A stretch of 64,000 bases of DNA from Octopus vulgaris (lineage: Eukaryota). The position numbers were made by a program, and so were the translations under genes. Under the pieces are notes generated by a model. The model did no database searches. It saw only the letters and a list, made by a program, of their open reading frames with translations, and was not told where the DNA came from. Positions 1 through 13,920 of this stretch are shown piece by piece; within the stretch, counting starts at the first letter, position 1, and every line of letters begins with the position of its first letter. The stretch is from positions 83,948,001 to 84,012,000 of the forward strand of contig OX597822.1 in NCBI GenBank assembly GCA_951406725.2, in the 5' to 3' direction.

Positions 1-335
1 TAAGTAAGCAACTTTGCCTTTCTTTATCTATGATTATAATATCTTGTCTGTTGTTTTCTGAGTTTTTTGTCCGTTTCAATAAGAAAGTCTCACAAAATCT
101 TACATTTTTCCGACTCTATTACTCTTTCGTCTCGATGATTGTATCTTGTGTTTCTAGCTTTAAATTCCCATTTCCGACATAGTTTCCAGTGTAACTTTTT
201 TACAATCTGGTCGTGCCTCCATTTCTTATATTCTTCCTGTGCCAACTTGGGACATTCAGCTACAATGTGTGCCACTGTCTCGTACCAAGTTCCAAAGGCT
301 CAACATTTTTCTGACACATTCTCTCTTTATATATT
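1..335 (-). mobile_element. R4/Dong-like RLE non-LTR retrotransposon fragment (zinc knuckle, RHD, start of endonuclease), decayed
   Basis: Minus strand reads KENVSEKC*..ETVAHIVAECPKLAQEEYKKWRHDQIV..LHW..EKCKIL*DFLIETDKK, then NRQDIIIIDKE after a frameshift. This is the CCHC/RHD/PD layout of RLE LINEs. Confidence 0.85.
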
Positions 336-722
336 TTTTGGAGCTCACCATCCGAAAGATGATATCAACCGGCTATACTTGAAGAGAAACTAAGTTGAAA
401 GAGGCTTAATAACTGTAGAAGAATGTGTACAGATGGAAAGCAAAGGTCTAGTAGAGTATTTACAGACCAGCATTGAAAAATTAACTAAAAGTGTTTAAGA
501 AAGAGTCGGTGATGATGCACGTAATAGGAGAAAAGGAGAAAAGTAAAATACAAAGAGAGTACCTCAGACAGATCGAAGAAAGACCTTTACATAACCAATT
601 TTGGAGAGCCACTGAAGGTGTATATAGAATAAAATCCTGGGCTTGGTTAAAAAAGGGCAATTAAAAAAAGAAACACAGCACCTAATTGTAGCAGCCCAAG
701 ATCAAACGATAAAACAAATAAA
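336..722 (+). mobile_element. R4/Dong-like LINE fragment (post-RT region), inverted relative to 1-335
   Basis: Plus strand reads GAHHPKDDINRLYLKRN*VERGLITVEECV ... LHNQFWR ... SWAWLKKGQLKKETQHLIVAAQDQ, matching the typical HPK.D..RLY..R..GGRGL and WL..G.LK.ETE..I.AAQDQ motifs. Confidence 0.85.
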
Positions 723-723
723 T

Positions 724-808
<85 letters not shown>
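724..808. repeat. (TAG)n microsatellite
   Basis: Perfect trinucleotide run. Confidence 0.98.
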
Positions 809-957
809 CTTATTTTTATAACGTGCTTTGTTCATTTTAACGTATTGGTTCAATATAACGTATTTGGTTCATGTTATTTGTATCAGAATGGAAAATTAAT
901 GCAATGAAAAAGTGATACATATAAGAATAAAGAAACTGGATCAACAAAGCAACCAAA

Positions 958-1047
958 AAATCCTACGTATGTTTCAATCCGACAGTATGCTGGAATCATC
1001 ATCATTCAAACGTTTTTAGATGTAAAAGACCATATTCTGTCGGGTAT
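958..1047 (-). ncRNA. Minimal type I hammerhead ribozyme motif (Penelope-like pLTR remnant)
   Basis: Minus strand: attc-CTGAAGA-ta-cccgacagaatatg...catactgtcgg-att-GAAA-catacg-TA-ggat. Helices I and II pair. Confidence 0.65.
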
Positions 1048-1491
1048 CTTCAGGAATAGAAAGTATATCTTCTGGTCTTGAATTACGAAATAACTAATTT
1101 TAGGACTGTTTTGAAATATTCAAATGTAAACAACTTCTTAAGACGATAGGTTAATGTGATAAGACAGTGATTGTTGAATTTTTTCTAAAACACCACAATG
1201 CATTTGAAAAATATATATATAAATGTTTAATTATAATATGGGTTGTTTATATTAATTATAATATGCCGCCAAGCATATTGAGGACAGAAAGAGAGATGAA
1301 ATATAATTTTGAGGGGAAAAAATGCAAAAGACCTTGGGAAATAAAAGGAAAAAATTAGTACTATAATAACCATTAATTATTCATCATTTGTATTTAGCAC
1401 TTATATTTTTTCGCATAAATAATTATATTATTCATCTCTGAAGTTTGTAGACAATAACTTTTCTATCAATATTGGAATGCATATGTTCGTG

Positions 1492-1529
<38 letters not shown>

Positions 1530-2311
1530 CGCACAAAAAGCCATTATCAAGGGAGAAGCATAAAAGTATATCGGAAACGAATTCAAGAGTTTGATGGAGA
1601 GATGTCTCTACCAGAATTAGAATGCGATAGTTTTTATCTGTAGAGAAAGGCAATATGCAGAACTCATATGAGAGGCAATAAAAAAAGGCGTAAAGGAAGA
1701 CAAGTAACGAATTCCTAGGAACAGAGGTACGTTAAAAGAGACAGGATCTAAGAGAATGAGAGAAAATACAAAAATGTTTACAACAAATACAGAAAGAAAA
1801 GCAGAAAACGTTTATGAGGATCAATAAATACTTTTCTACATAAAGATCATAGCCAGACTGACCATTTGCAATTATCAAGCCGAAAAGGGGTTGGAGAAAA
1901 GAGGAAGAATAAATAGAGGTGACATGTAACAGTTCGGCAAGTGAACGATAGGTAACTAGCAGTCTTTAAAGATATAAGTTCTGTAAGTCAATTTGCTCGA
2001 CAAAAGCCGTTCAAGACCATGACCAAGCATGGACGCAGTCTAATGACTAAAACATGTAGAAGATTATATACATACATATATGTATATATGTATATGTATG
2101 TACATTCCTTTATGTACACTGATTTGTTCTGCTTTTTATATTTAACCCTACAGTCTCTTATGTGGTGGTTTAATAAAGTATGTAATTGAGTATTATCTGG
2201 TAATTGATATTTGATTTAGATGTATTTCTCCATTTTCTTATCTTGTATATACATGTATATATATGTATATGTGTGTGTTTGTATGTATATATATATATTT
2301 ATATATATGCG

Positions 2312-2482
2312 GGCGCAGGCGTGGCTGTGTGGGTAAGAAGCTTGCTTCCCAACCACATTGTTACGGGTTCAGTACCCCTCCATTGTAGCTTGGGCAAGTG
2401 TCTTCTGCGATAGAGTCGGACTGACAACGCCTTGTGAGTGGATTTGGTAGACGGAAACTGAAAGAAGCCCGTCGTATATATG

Positions 2483-2541
<59 letters not shown>

Positions 2542-2748
2542 TTGTGCGTCTGTGTTTGCCCCCCCCCCCCCAACATCACTTGACAACTGATGCTGGTGTG
2601 TTTACGTCACCGTAACCTAGCAGTTCGGCAGAAGAGACCGATAGAATAAGTACTAGGCTTACAAAGAATAAGTCCTGGGGTCGATTTGCTCGATTAAAGG
2701 CGGTGCTCTAGCATGGCCACAGTCAAATGATTGAAACAAGTAAAAGAG
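2312..2748 (+). mobile_element. tRNA-derived SINE, family A (octopus OR/OK-like, CORE-like centre), with internal (TA)/(TG)n
   Basis: A-box-like gtggctgtgtgggtaag, B-box-like gggttcagtaccc, ttgggcaagtgtcttct core. Several other copies in the window. Confidence 0.85.
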
Positions 2749-3974
2749 TATATATATATATATACTTTTTACTTTGGTTTCCGTCATTAGACTGTGGCCA
2801 TATGGGGCATGTATTATAGTCGACTATATATGCACACGTAGATACATATGTACACACGCACACACACACACACACGTACGTGTGTGCGGATGTGTGTGTG
2901 TGTTTGTGTGTGTGCGTGTGTGGGTGCGTGTGTGCGCGCACGCAAACAGTCAAGGCTGACGTTCATTTTTATTTCTTAAATAATTAGCTATGAAAAGTGA
3001 AAATCTTTGTCCGACAACGAAAGAAATAATTGATAGAAGAGATACCAATATCCAGAATCTCTACAAGCGTCAAGAAAACTAAAAGTCTTCAGAGAAAACA
3101 ATAAATATTACTAACAACAACAACAACAATGACAGAGTCAATAATTAGCCGAAGCCACACCTCCCATCCCACCATCCACCCCCTCCCAAACAAAAAAAAA
3201 CGAAGCCAAAAACAAGAATAGTTAGTGCAACGTAAATTGCGAAATTTCGATATTGTTGCCCTTTTTTTAAAGCGAGATCAATTGAACACGTATAAGTACA
3301 GACATTTGTATTCTTCAGTTACTTACATACACTCACATGCAGACACCACACTGTTGAATATATTGATGCAAAAACAACAACAACACGATAAGAAGAGCAG
3401 CACGGTTGTACAAACAATAACTGGTAAAAAGAAAAGAGAATGCATTGGAGTATGAGCGACCGACCCATCGACAGATACGACAAAAGACTCTTATTGTTAA
3501 TGATGTATAAGATATAGTGAAATAGAGTGTTAATGACTAGTTTATAGCCGTACGACAAAAGGTTTTAATATTTAATAATATATGAGAGGACAGGAGACAG
3601 TTCATTGTGAATTTAATAAGTACGTGATAGAGTGACCAGGTTGTAGATGTGAGAGGAAATAGTTTGAAAGCTGACAAGGGTGCGAGAGAGTGAGGTAAAA
3701 ATATCAATGACCTGGTCGTAGATGCACGAGAAAAAGATTTTCATGTTTAATAATGTATGAGATACAATGAAGTAGAACATCACCCCTGACCAGGTTGTAG
3801 TAGCTAGGCGGGATTTTCAATAGGCATGATTGGCAAGCTGTAGAGGCAAGATGGTATGTTATAGAGGTATGATGGTAGGTTTTAAAATTATATTGTGGAA
3901 GTATAGCGCTATGTCGTACTGGGTGGTATGTGGTAGAGATATGGTGCTACGCTGTTGAGATATGATAAAGGCAC

Positions 3975-4130
3975 CCATTCATCCATGCGTATATTCATGA
4001 CACCTTCTCTGCCTACAATTCCTGGGAGGGTCGCGTAGTTCTCAGACACCTCTTCTTTGAGGTCCTCCTTAACGTCCTGTCAAAAGCAACTCTCATAAGA
4101 TTTTCCAGCTGATCTAGGGCTAAATATCAA
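3975..4130 (-). mobile_element. RTE-like LINE 3' remnant
   Basis: Minus strand reads DLALDQLENLMRVAFDR, similar to the RTE-like piece at 49480-49830. Confidence 0.4.
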
Positions 4131-5023
4131 CAACAAATGCAAGACTAAGAATGTCCACTACCAGTCATAAAATTGAGGCAGGTTCGATCAAACTACCAAC
4201 TCTTTATTAGGAAATTGTGTCATTATAGCGCAGTGACAGCATCAGAGAAAACGTCTTGCAGTATCTACTGCGGATCATGACGTTCTAAGCTCAAATCTCC
4301 AAGAGGAAAATCCTGTCTTTTATCTTCTGGAATCTGACAACAATGCACCAGTGAAGTACTGAGATCGATTGAAAATATAGTCGAATTTACTTTCTCCCCT
4401 CCCCACTGAATGTGTGGCTTTGTGCCAATATTAGAAATCAATATTTCTTAAAACAAAGACAAAATCTATAGAAGATATATTTACATTCCATCTGCATGCA
4501 TTCTATCACAGATTTACAGAACTTTCATTGTATTTGAGTATAAGGGAATAACTGCTAACACGCAAACACACACACACACACACACACACATATAGATACA
4601 TATCTTTCTTACTCATTCGTACGTCAAATATCTTTACGTATATATACATGCCTACTCGGTTTGTCTACCTGTCTATCCATCCAGCCATTCGTCTATCTAT
4701 TTATCTATCTATCTATCTCAAATACATACATGCATACATACATATATATATATATCTGTGTGTATATATATATATATATATCTGTCTGTATGTATGTCTG
4801 TCTACCTATCTATTTATCTGTTTGCCTGTCTATCTGTCTATTTATCAACCTATCTATCCATCTATCTATCCATCTATCCCTGTATCAATCTTTCTCCCTA
4901 TCAGCTTGGCTATGTCTCATACGTAAGCCCAATGCATAAGATTCTATCAAAGAGTGAATCGATTAATCAATCGATCAATATTGGTTTCCCTCCTCTCTCT
5001 CGCTTCAAATGAAAACACTCGCA

Positions 5024-5081
<58 letters not shown>

Positions 5082-5894
5082 TATGAACACACACATACGT
5101 ACACGTGTACATGTAATGACAAATATATATCCATAGACAGAGGAAGTTAGATACATGGAGAGATAGATAAATAGGTAGATCATAATATACATGCAAACAT
5201 ACATACATACATACATACATACATACATACATACATACATACATACATACATACATACATACATACACACATACATACATACATATATACATACATACAT
5301 ACATACATACACGTAGAAGAACATATATACAGATATAGAATTAAAAAAACGAAATTTTCGCAAAAACAGTTCTTCGTAATTTATTATTTCTATATTTATT
5401 TATATTCTGCAAGGTATATAATAATTTCTACAAAAATAAATTAAATAATCCGTTAAGATTATTTTAAAATAGATCTATCTGATGTCGCTTAGTTGGGTAT
5501 TTTTGATGTCACGACAATATCGATAACTGGTCGATAGGGAACCGATAGCTTTAACGATTAGTAATGGGGAAAATGTGTGACTTTTTCTTTCTGTGAGTGA
5601 CTCTTTCTCTCTCTGTTCCAACTGTTTAGTTATGGTCTATATATATTCATTTGTGTTCCAGTATATGTGTGTGTGTTTGAGTGTGCGCGCTTGCGTGCGT
5701 GCGTCTGTATGTATGTGTGTATGTATATGAGTATTTATATTAACATTTGTATCCATACTCAAGGTTCAAACATACACTCACATACACACACATATACACA
5801 TACACATGTACATATATAGGTATAAATGCCTGGATCTAGACCCTTATATATATTTGTGTGTGTATTTATATGTATCTATATTTTTATATATATT

Positions 5895-5945
<51 letters not shown>

Positions 5946-5995
5946 TTATGTATATATATGTATGTATATATGAATATGTATATATATATACATAA

Positions 5996-6029
<34 letters not shown>

Positions 6030-6049
6030 ATATATATATATATATATGT

Positions 6050-6104
6050 ATATTTTCCGGACACTTTATCTATCTATCCATCTAACTGTTTGTCTGTCTA
6101 GCTA

Positions 6105-6167
<63 letters not shown>

Positions 6168-6266
6168 ATATGAATATGTATATATATATATATATACATA
6201 AATATATATATATATTTTCCGGACATTTTATCTATCTATCCATCTAACTGTTTGTCTGTCTAGCTA

Positions 6267-6272
<6 letters not shown>
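6050..6272. repeat. Local tandem duplication of a ~60-bp unit separated by (TA)n
   Basis: ttttccggaca(c/t)tttatctatctatccatctaactgtttgtctgtctagctatctg occurs at ~6053 and ~6215. Confidence 0.9.
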
Positions 6273-6324
<52 letters not shown>

Positions 6325-6672
6325 CGTACATGTGAGGCTGGAGCGATAGATAGGGAAAGAATGGTATGCTCTTCTTTTAAACCGGGGACTAGTCGGAAGA
6401 AAAAAGTTATCTTTAAACCGCTGGATTGGCAATCATTCAAGACATTTCATCTGATCTTTGGCAAAGTTATCAATTCCTCACGATCCTTCGCTCTGGATCA
6501 GTACTTTCTGGTTATCGACCTTCAAAGGATGAAAGCTAAAGGTGACCTCGATGTTATTTGATCCAGAAAACTAGCAAAAAGTATTTCCACTCAGTTTGTC
6601 TTTATTTCATACTCTAACGATTCTGCCAAGTATATACGTGTGTCAAACGAGAGATACATACACAAATGTTTG

Positions 6673-6735
<63 letters not shown>

Positions 6736-7454
6736 CGCTCGCTCTCTCTGGATATATGTGTGCGTGTATCATATATATATATATATATATGCATGCATAT
6801 GATGTATGCATATGTCTATATCTATGGTTGTCTATGTATCTATTTAACTATCTGTCTAATATATATGTGTGTGCGTGTATTTGTGCTTGCGTTTATGTCT
6901 CTTTATCGACAAGCTTCCCAAATGTATTTCTTGTAAAACAATGATGACAACACACACCTTTTTGTTTTCTAACGTAATAGATACATTAAAGCTATTCATT
7001 ACCGTCTCTCTATATACGAACTATATACAAGAAACACTGGAAATCAATGATACGTTATTTAATTGCTTTTCGTATTTACTTTCAGAAATTGAAGACCTCT
7101 TGTGAGATCGGAGGTCAGTTAGCAAGCGACATCCTTCAATTGAAAGCTAAGTTAACGTTTTTTGATTGAATTGTCATACAATGTTACAATGATAATTTTG
7201 TGTTGTGATATGATTACCTATTTAATGTCGGTTGGTTTGCAATATCATTAGATGGTCGGGATAAAGTTCTTGCATTATTTAGTTAGGACACTTGGCGTTC
7301 TGAATTCGAATTCCACTGTGGTAAAATATGCTTTTTAATCCATTCAAGGTAAATAAAATAAAGTTCCTGTTAAGTTCTGCAATTCGATTTATTTTCCTGT
7401 GATGACTTCTAGAAGTTAACTGGATTGTAATACAACTAAAATAAAAACAATGGA

Positions 7455-7820
7455 TAGATTGCAATTCACATGCTTGAAGCGAACACACGAAATCAAGTGA
7501 TTGAAAAGACCCAAAATGACACAATTGACATGACAATGCGCATCAAAAAGATCAGTGACGAAATAAGACTCCGACGCCGGAACTGGGTCAGACAAATTCG
7601 AGAAAACGATTGTATGGTGGTACTATATCGCAGCACTGAGGGAATAAGAGCAGCAGAGTTTCCTAAAATCACATAGTGAAGGATCATTGACAAGGAAAGA
7701 ATAAGAGGATGATGAAGAAGCTGGAATGAGACCAGAACAGTGGTAAAAAACAGAGCTGGTTGGAGAGATCACGTTGCGCCTTTATATGCCTCATGGCACG
7801 CGAAGAACTAACTAACAAAT
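7455..7820 (+). mobile_element. RTE-clade LINE 3' end, decayed
   Basis: Reads IKKISDEIRLRRRNWV...EGIRAAEFPKIT*..SWNETRTVVKNRAGWRDHVAPLYASWH, followed by a short (aact) tail. Confidence 0.75.
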
Positions 7821-8439
7821 AAGAGCTGAATTGTGAATGGCCGTAGTTAGTCAATAATGATTCAATTATAAAACTGTGTTAGCGTGCACGACAGTTACCA
7901 TTGTATCAAACTCCCATACTCCACGTCTTATGAGTTCATTCATTACAACTGGCCATCGGCTAAAGTGCAATATCTTTATGAGTGATCTGGTGGTTGATAA
8001 TCATACATTCTAATACACAGGAACATCGATTTATTTTTAATGAAATTAACTTCATCTAAAGACATAGAATGAAAGGTTTAATCCTAGATAACCGTTTTTT
8101 ATCAGTTTACTAATTTGTTCTCATTTTCTGATTTGGAATATTTTGCTAAGGTTAACTGTTATTGTTTGCTTTGTTTTTTACTAACACCGTTTTGTGTGTA
8201 AAATGGCTGCCTCGGTAATAAGACTTTGAAAATGTATTGATGTGATGCCTGTATTGAATGGTATTGAATCGATACTATAGTGCTCGATAAAGTTGTATCC
8301 TATTGAGTAAATTGTTGTTTATGATTAATGGCGATCTGGCGGAATCATTAGCAAGCCGGTCAAAATGCTTAGCAATATTCTGAGTTCACTTTATGTACTG
8401 TATGTGCGTGTGTATGCGTTCTATATAATATACATGTTA

Positions 8440-8510
<71 letters not shown>

Positions 8511-8512
<2 letters not shown>

Positions 8513-8902
8513 CTTTTACTTGCTTCAGTCATTTGACTGCGGCCTTGCAGGAGCACCGCCTTTAGTCAAACAATTCGACCCCAGTACTTATTCTTTGTAA
8601 GCATAGAACTTATTCTAGCGGTCTCTTTTTGCCGAACTGTAGAGTTACGAAGACGTAAACGCATCAACATCGGTTGTCAAGTGATAGTGGGGTGAGAAAC
8701 ACAGACACACAAACAGATACATTTAGATATACATATTCACGACTGGCTTTTTTCAGTTTCCGTCTACCAAATCCACTTACAAGGATTTGGTCGGCCCCAG
8801 GCTATAGCACAAGACACTTGCCCAACGTGCCACGCAGTGGGGCTGAACCCGTAGCCATGTAGTTGGGAAGCAAGCTTCTCACCACACAGCCACGCCTTCG
8901 CC
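8511..8902 (-). mobile_element. SINE family A copy
   Basis: Reverse complement of the 2312-2748 family. Confidence 0.85.
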
Positions 8903-8906
8903 GACA

Positions 8907-8948
<42 letters not shown>

Positions 8949-9430
8949 TATATTAGTAAATGTAATGAGAAGCAAGTTAGGCAAGTCGATTCACACAGAA
9001 TATTAAGTACATTTACTAGAAAAAACGTATATGTGTTTGGATATAAAATAGTCCGACTTACAGAATATAAATAGTATCAGGAGTTAAATGAGTAGAATTT
9101 TAGGAGTCCAGCAACTATTTCTGAGAGCTTGGGTGGTCCGGAAGAATAATAGTTACTTGGATCTATTATTGAATAACACCGCCTCCGTCTTCAGGGGAGA
9201 ATTTTACATTTGAGGTGTTGAGAGGTTGGGATGGATCACCAAGCCCCCCCCCCCTCCAGAAACAGCTGTTGGACTCTTAAAATTCTACCCATTCATCTCG
9301 TGATATTATTTATATTCTGTAAGTCGGACTATTTTATATCCGTACACATGTAATTTTTTCTATCAAATGTATTTAATATTCCGTGTAAATCGACTTACCT
9401 AACTTGCTTTTCATTACATTTACTCATCTA
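8949..9430. mobile_element. Diverged fold-back module with hammerhead motif (Penelope-like inverted pLTR)
   Basis: Arms ~8949-9140 and ~9235-9430 are inverted copies. The minus strand has CTGAAGA (9188-9194)...GAAA (9118-9121), and the right arm has GAAA-cagctg-TT. Confidence 0.75.
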
Positions 9431-9500
9431 CTGGCCCAAGTGGCCTCTTGCGGACTTCGAGGTGTATTCTGTGTAGAGAACACCTGTCTCTAACACACAC

Positions 9501-9572
<72 letters not shown>

Positions 9573-9834
9573 GTATGTATATATATGTGTGTGTTTCCAT
9601 GTATATACTTATTTATATAAATATATGCTTACGTATTTCTAATTGTCGTTTCTTAGCTATGCCATGTATCATGGTAGATAGATACATGATATAAGCCAAT
9701 CTACTCTTTTGGCTTATCTCCCCTACTTTGACTCATTTTATTTTTAATTTACTTTCGTCTTCTCTTTTCCTGTTTTCAACCTATTGTTAACACTTTGCAC
9801 TTCTCTGTAAAGTGTCAATCTAAGAATCAAGTAT

Positions 9835-10098
9835 TTGCAAGGTTGTTTGTGGAAGGCAGGCCAACAATCGCGCATGTATACTGGGTTCTCCTCTCCATAC
9901 CACCAATGTTATCCAAGAGAAAAGCAAAGACCGATACAGCTTGGCACTAGTGACGTTGCATTTCTACAGCTGAGTGAAATGGAGAAACGTGAAGTAAAGT
10001 GTCTTGCTCATGACCACAACACACAGCCGGGTTTGTGAATCGAACGCAAAACCTCTTGCATGTAAACCCGAGGCTCTAACAACTGAGTCATGCCTTCA
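9835..10098 (-). mobile_element. tRNA-derived SINE, family C, decayed
   Basis: tttctacagctgagtga..aaagtgtcttgctca..cacaacacacagcc, shared with 23790-24112 and 39020-39335. Confidence 0.7.
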
Positions 10099-10153
10099 CC
10101 ATAGGTATGTGTGTGTATATATGTGTCTGAGTCTGTGTGTGTATCTGTGTATT

Positions 10154-10199
<46 letters not shown>

Positions 10200-10720
10200 G
10201 TATATTCGTATATAAATATATAGATATATAAACATACATATACACAAAGGTATACACGCACACATACATAATGACATTGGACATTTCCCAAGCATGCCAG
10301 CTGCAAAAGGCGTGTGTAGTTAAATACTGACGGTAGTGAGCGGTAAGTAATTTTACACCAAGCTGAAATTGTAACCCCAAAGAGAATAAAGATATGTAAT
10401 TAGCCTTAATGAAAATTACTCCCAAACGAATCAAAGAAGAGAACATTTGTAATTTCATTTGACCACGATTTAAATGTAGATATGAAGTGTTGGGAGGGGA
10501 AAATGGTGAGTCCAGTTTTTGATGATTGTTGTGCATTTGGAGGGTAATTTTTTTCATTAGATGTAATGGTTTTCTTCTCATTACAATTATAACTTTAGTA
10601 AAATAAAAGTTATTTTCAGCCTGACTACTTTAAATGTTAGCCTTAACGTAAATGTATACTTTCCATGCAAAGAAAATCCTCTTGCAAAAACTTTCAATGC
10701 TATAATTTAATTTTGAGTAG

Positions 10721-10766
10721 ACCGGGCTTCGCTGAGGAGGACCAATCTAACTGAAACATGCCCGGT
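10721..10766 (+). ncRNA. Possible degenerate hammerhead motif
   Basis: accgg..CTGAGGA..GAAA-catg-cc-cggt. Helix II pairs poorly. Confidence 0.35.
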
Positions 10767-11669
10767 GTTGTTTCTATAGCTGCTAAAGATCAGACTCAGT
10801 CTCTCTCCATGTAAGTTTTGATTAATTCATATTTTGGAGCTTCCCTCCTTTATACGCCGAACATTATTGCAAGTGATTCAAAATGTTTTTAACTTAACAC
10901 CTTAACATTCTTCTTATCCTGTGTATCACATGTGACGTAGAGAACACATTTCATTGGTGTCTATGCTTCATATATGATACATATTCCCAAATCTCTAAAC
11001 TATTAGATTTGGAATTTATGATGGAAAGCTTCATGTTGCTCGGAACGTATGAAACAAGGGTTAACTAAAAGTTTGAAAGACAAACGTGGACGTCTAAGAC
11101 AAACTTACGAAAATACTTTGGACAGAAAAAGTTATAAGAATGGCAGATTGCGTTTAACTAAATGTTGTTCACGCAGGAGACATCCTTGAAAAGTTTTCCA
11201 AGGTCATAATTAAGTTTTCCCAATCAGCGAATCACTTTTACACAAATTCTCTGTTTGTAAATTGTTCTGATGTGTTGGCAACTGTGAGTGGACAACATAT
11301 TATGAAGAACATCTAACAAGACTGCATCATGTCCAGTGTTATCACTGCTAAAGATCAAACACACAATTCCTCGTGTATCTCCATTTAATTTTTATTCAAT
11401 TGAAATGTTACAAATTCTACCGCTTGCTTCTTTTTAGAGTAATTTTCATCAACGTTCATGGGGCTTCTTATTACGTAGGTGGTAGACTTAATATCTCACC
11501 CGATTTAACACCACGATCCGGTACTTTGGGTGTTTTCAGCCGAGTCGTCAACTCTGTTGCAAACTTTCAGCCTAGATATAAGGACATCTTCCGTCCAACT
11601 GGTCTCAGGAGTCTTGTGAAAGGTCATGAGACAAAGCTTACAGTTTATTAACAATTATTTTTGGTCGGT

Positions 11670-11950
11670 CACCTTATGTATGGTGGATTGAACTCTCCAG
11701 TCATCAGGGACAGATGAAGTTCTGTCACTTTTTGCTGAACAACCACACAGATAATTCGTTTATAGTGATCAAATCGACCTTGCCTGTCCAGGTACACAAT
11801 TTTCCACACTTTAGATGTCGAAATAATCACAGAACAACGTAAAATAAATTCTTTTGCCCAAAAACACACTATATCGCCCAGGCATGGAATCGAAACCATG
11901 ATCAGGTGATCATTAGTGCAGCATTCTAACCAATTAGCCACGCACCTTCA
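11670..11950 (-). mobile_element. tRNA-derived SINE remnant (family C-like)
   Basis: Minus-strand head gtgcgtggctaattggttagaatgc...ggtttcgattcc. Confidence 0.55.
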
Positions 11951-12859
11951 CCACCAGGCGCCTTATGTATGGTAACTAACATCTAACTACGTATATATAT
12001 ATGGACCTATTTCAGTTCTGCAGTGAAAGAAATCATACCTGGCTCTCAAAACAGCTTCGCCTACAGTTCTCCTCTAGAAGTGTTTATAAGTCAGAGTATG
12101 TACCAATTGTTTTGGCCACCGAAGTTGATTCCACTATGAATAAAGAAACCTACAATTTATTTATTTGGTTCTCACCTCGATATCCCGCAAATTCCTTTGT
12201 TTTGAATCCAAGCTAGGTAATGACTTGACCTACCAGAAATATCAGCCAAATACCACTCAAATTTCAGTTTGCAGTTAAACACTACATATTCAATACAATT
12301 CTAGATGGAGAAGGTCTGAAAAATTAATTTGGATGATTATGGCTGAGAGGTCACGGACGTGAGATTATAATATCCTAAGAGAGGATAGCAATGCAGATGC
12401 TTCATGCTGAGACAACTAGCATGGGACCTAGGGTTAGACCAAGAAGGAGATGGTTGGATAAATATCAGTTGCTTCTGACAGAACCCAATGGAGGAGGTGC
12501 TTGAGGACTCTGAGCTACAACCCCCGCCAGGAATAATGGACTGGGAATATGGGTAGACTGATGAGTAGCAGGGACAATTCTGCTGTCATCAGGTCAACTT
12601 CATTTTGATTGTCCTGGGGGATAAGCAACATCCAAAACAGAGCAACAACTTTTGCTCCTCGCTTTCACACAAAAATTATTCTCAATACACGTCTCCAGGT
12701 TTTTGCAGAATTTTATTCTTTTTTTTTTTCAGTTCAGAAATGGATTTCTCTGTTATTGTAGTTGCTGTTTAACAGAGGGTCCGATCTGCATTCAGGGCTA
12801 CATTCATCCAAGCAAGTTAAACTGGCCAAATCTTTTAAATCGTGAACGCCATACTCGTT

Positions 12860-13560
12860 TGTATTACAATTCAATTTGTATCTAATATACTGAAGGAGAT
12901 ACATTTATTGAAGTAAGGTATCCCGTATTGGTTTTGCTTTAATATATCGAGGAAGTAATTAATTTCTTGGATACATAGCTCTTTCTTTAAATTTTAAGAC
13001 AGTGTGATTATATAAAAGTGTTCCTTTTGGCTCCATTTTGCATTTACTCATCCGCTGAACATATATCTTTAAGGAATTATTTCAAATCATGATTAGAATC
13101 TATCCAAAAATGCTTATATACATTAATTCATATTTAAGCAATCATCTATCTACATTGCACAGTTCGTTTCCTGAAATTTTAATTTAATAGGTTTCTCTGG
13201 CGTGTTGTTTTCGTACCTTCCAAACTTAATCATATCTGTATCTTTTAATAACATTCCTTATTCACATATCACACCTGTAGCTGCTAATTATTTTCTAAAT
13301 CCTTTAAGGTTTCTCCCGTGTGCATTAAACATTTCCTAATTAATTCAAAGCTCAAATTAATTCATCCCTTTATCAGTACATTAACGTTACTAATGAAATA
13401 TTACTAGCTTCTTCAAACTGTCTCCATCTTTTGTCACAACATCGTGTATATACCATCAAAATACAAATTCTAGTGGGGAATCCTTTGTCCGTTATAAAAT
13501 GTAACTATTCAAAGCAAAACATTTTACGGTTAAGTAGTACGTTTTGCACTTTATAATCTC
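12860..13560 (-). mobile_element. Highly degenerate Penelope-like RT remnant
   Basis: Broken motifs in RT order on the minus strand: FCFE..FITDKG, IDDC..FWID, YFLDIL. Confidence 0.3.
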
Positions 13561-13920
13561 GGAGGCGCAATAAACTTGTGCAGCATCTTGAGGACGAGTC
13601 TTCTACCAATTTCTCTTGTCAACCAAAACCTTATCAATCAAATTCGACAAACGGATACGGACAGAAGCACGTTCCTAGAACCCTGCTTGTTTGAAGATGG
13701 TAAGCGAAATCAAGTTTTCCGTTTAATTATCGTCTGGTACCAAGTTTATTATATTTTAAGAGTGACTTTTGTTAGCATTCTGGTCAGATATTTCGGGGAA
13801 GGTAACTTGTACATTTATTTATTACAATATTTGGTCTTCGCCAGTCCAATCAAATAAAAACCACGCATGCGCTCACACACATCCACTCATTTAAAATACA
13901 TATGAGCATGTATAGATATG

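Noticed and set aside
2312-2400. SINE heads as tRNA genes
   Set aside because: A and B boxes are present, but there is no full cloverleaf and each is attached to a SINE body.
10890-11400. Possible piggyBac remnant (ttaa start, Cys/His-rich traces)
   Set aside because: No matching second TIR or catalytic motif found.
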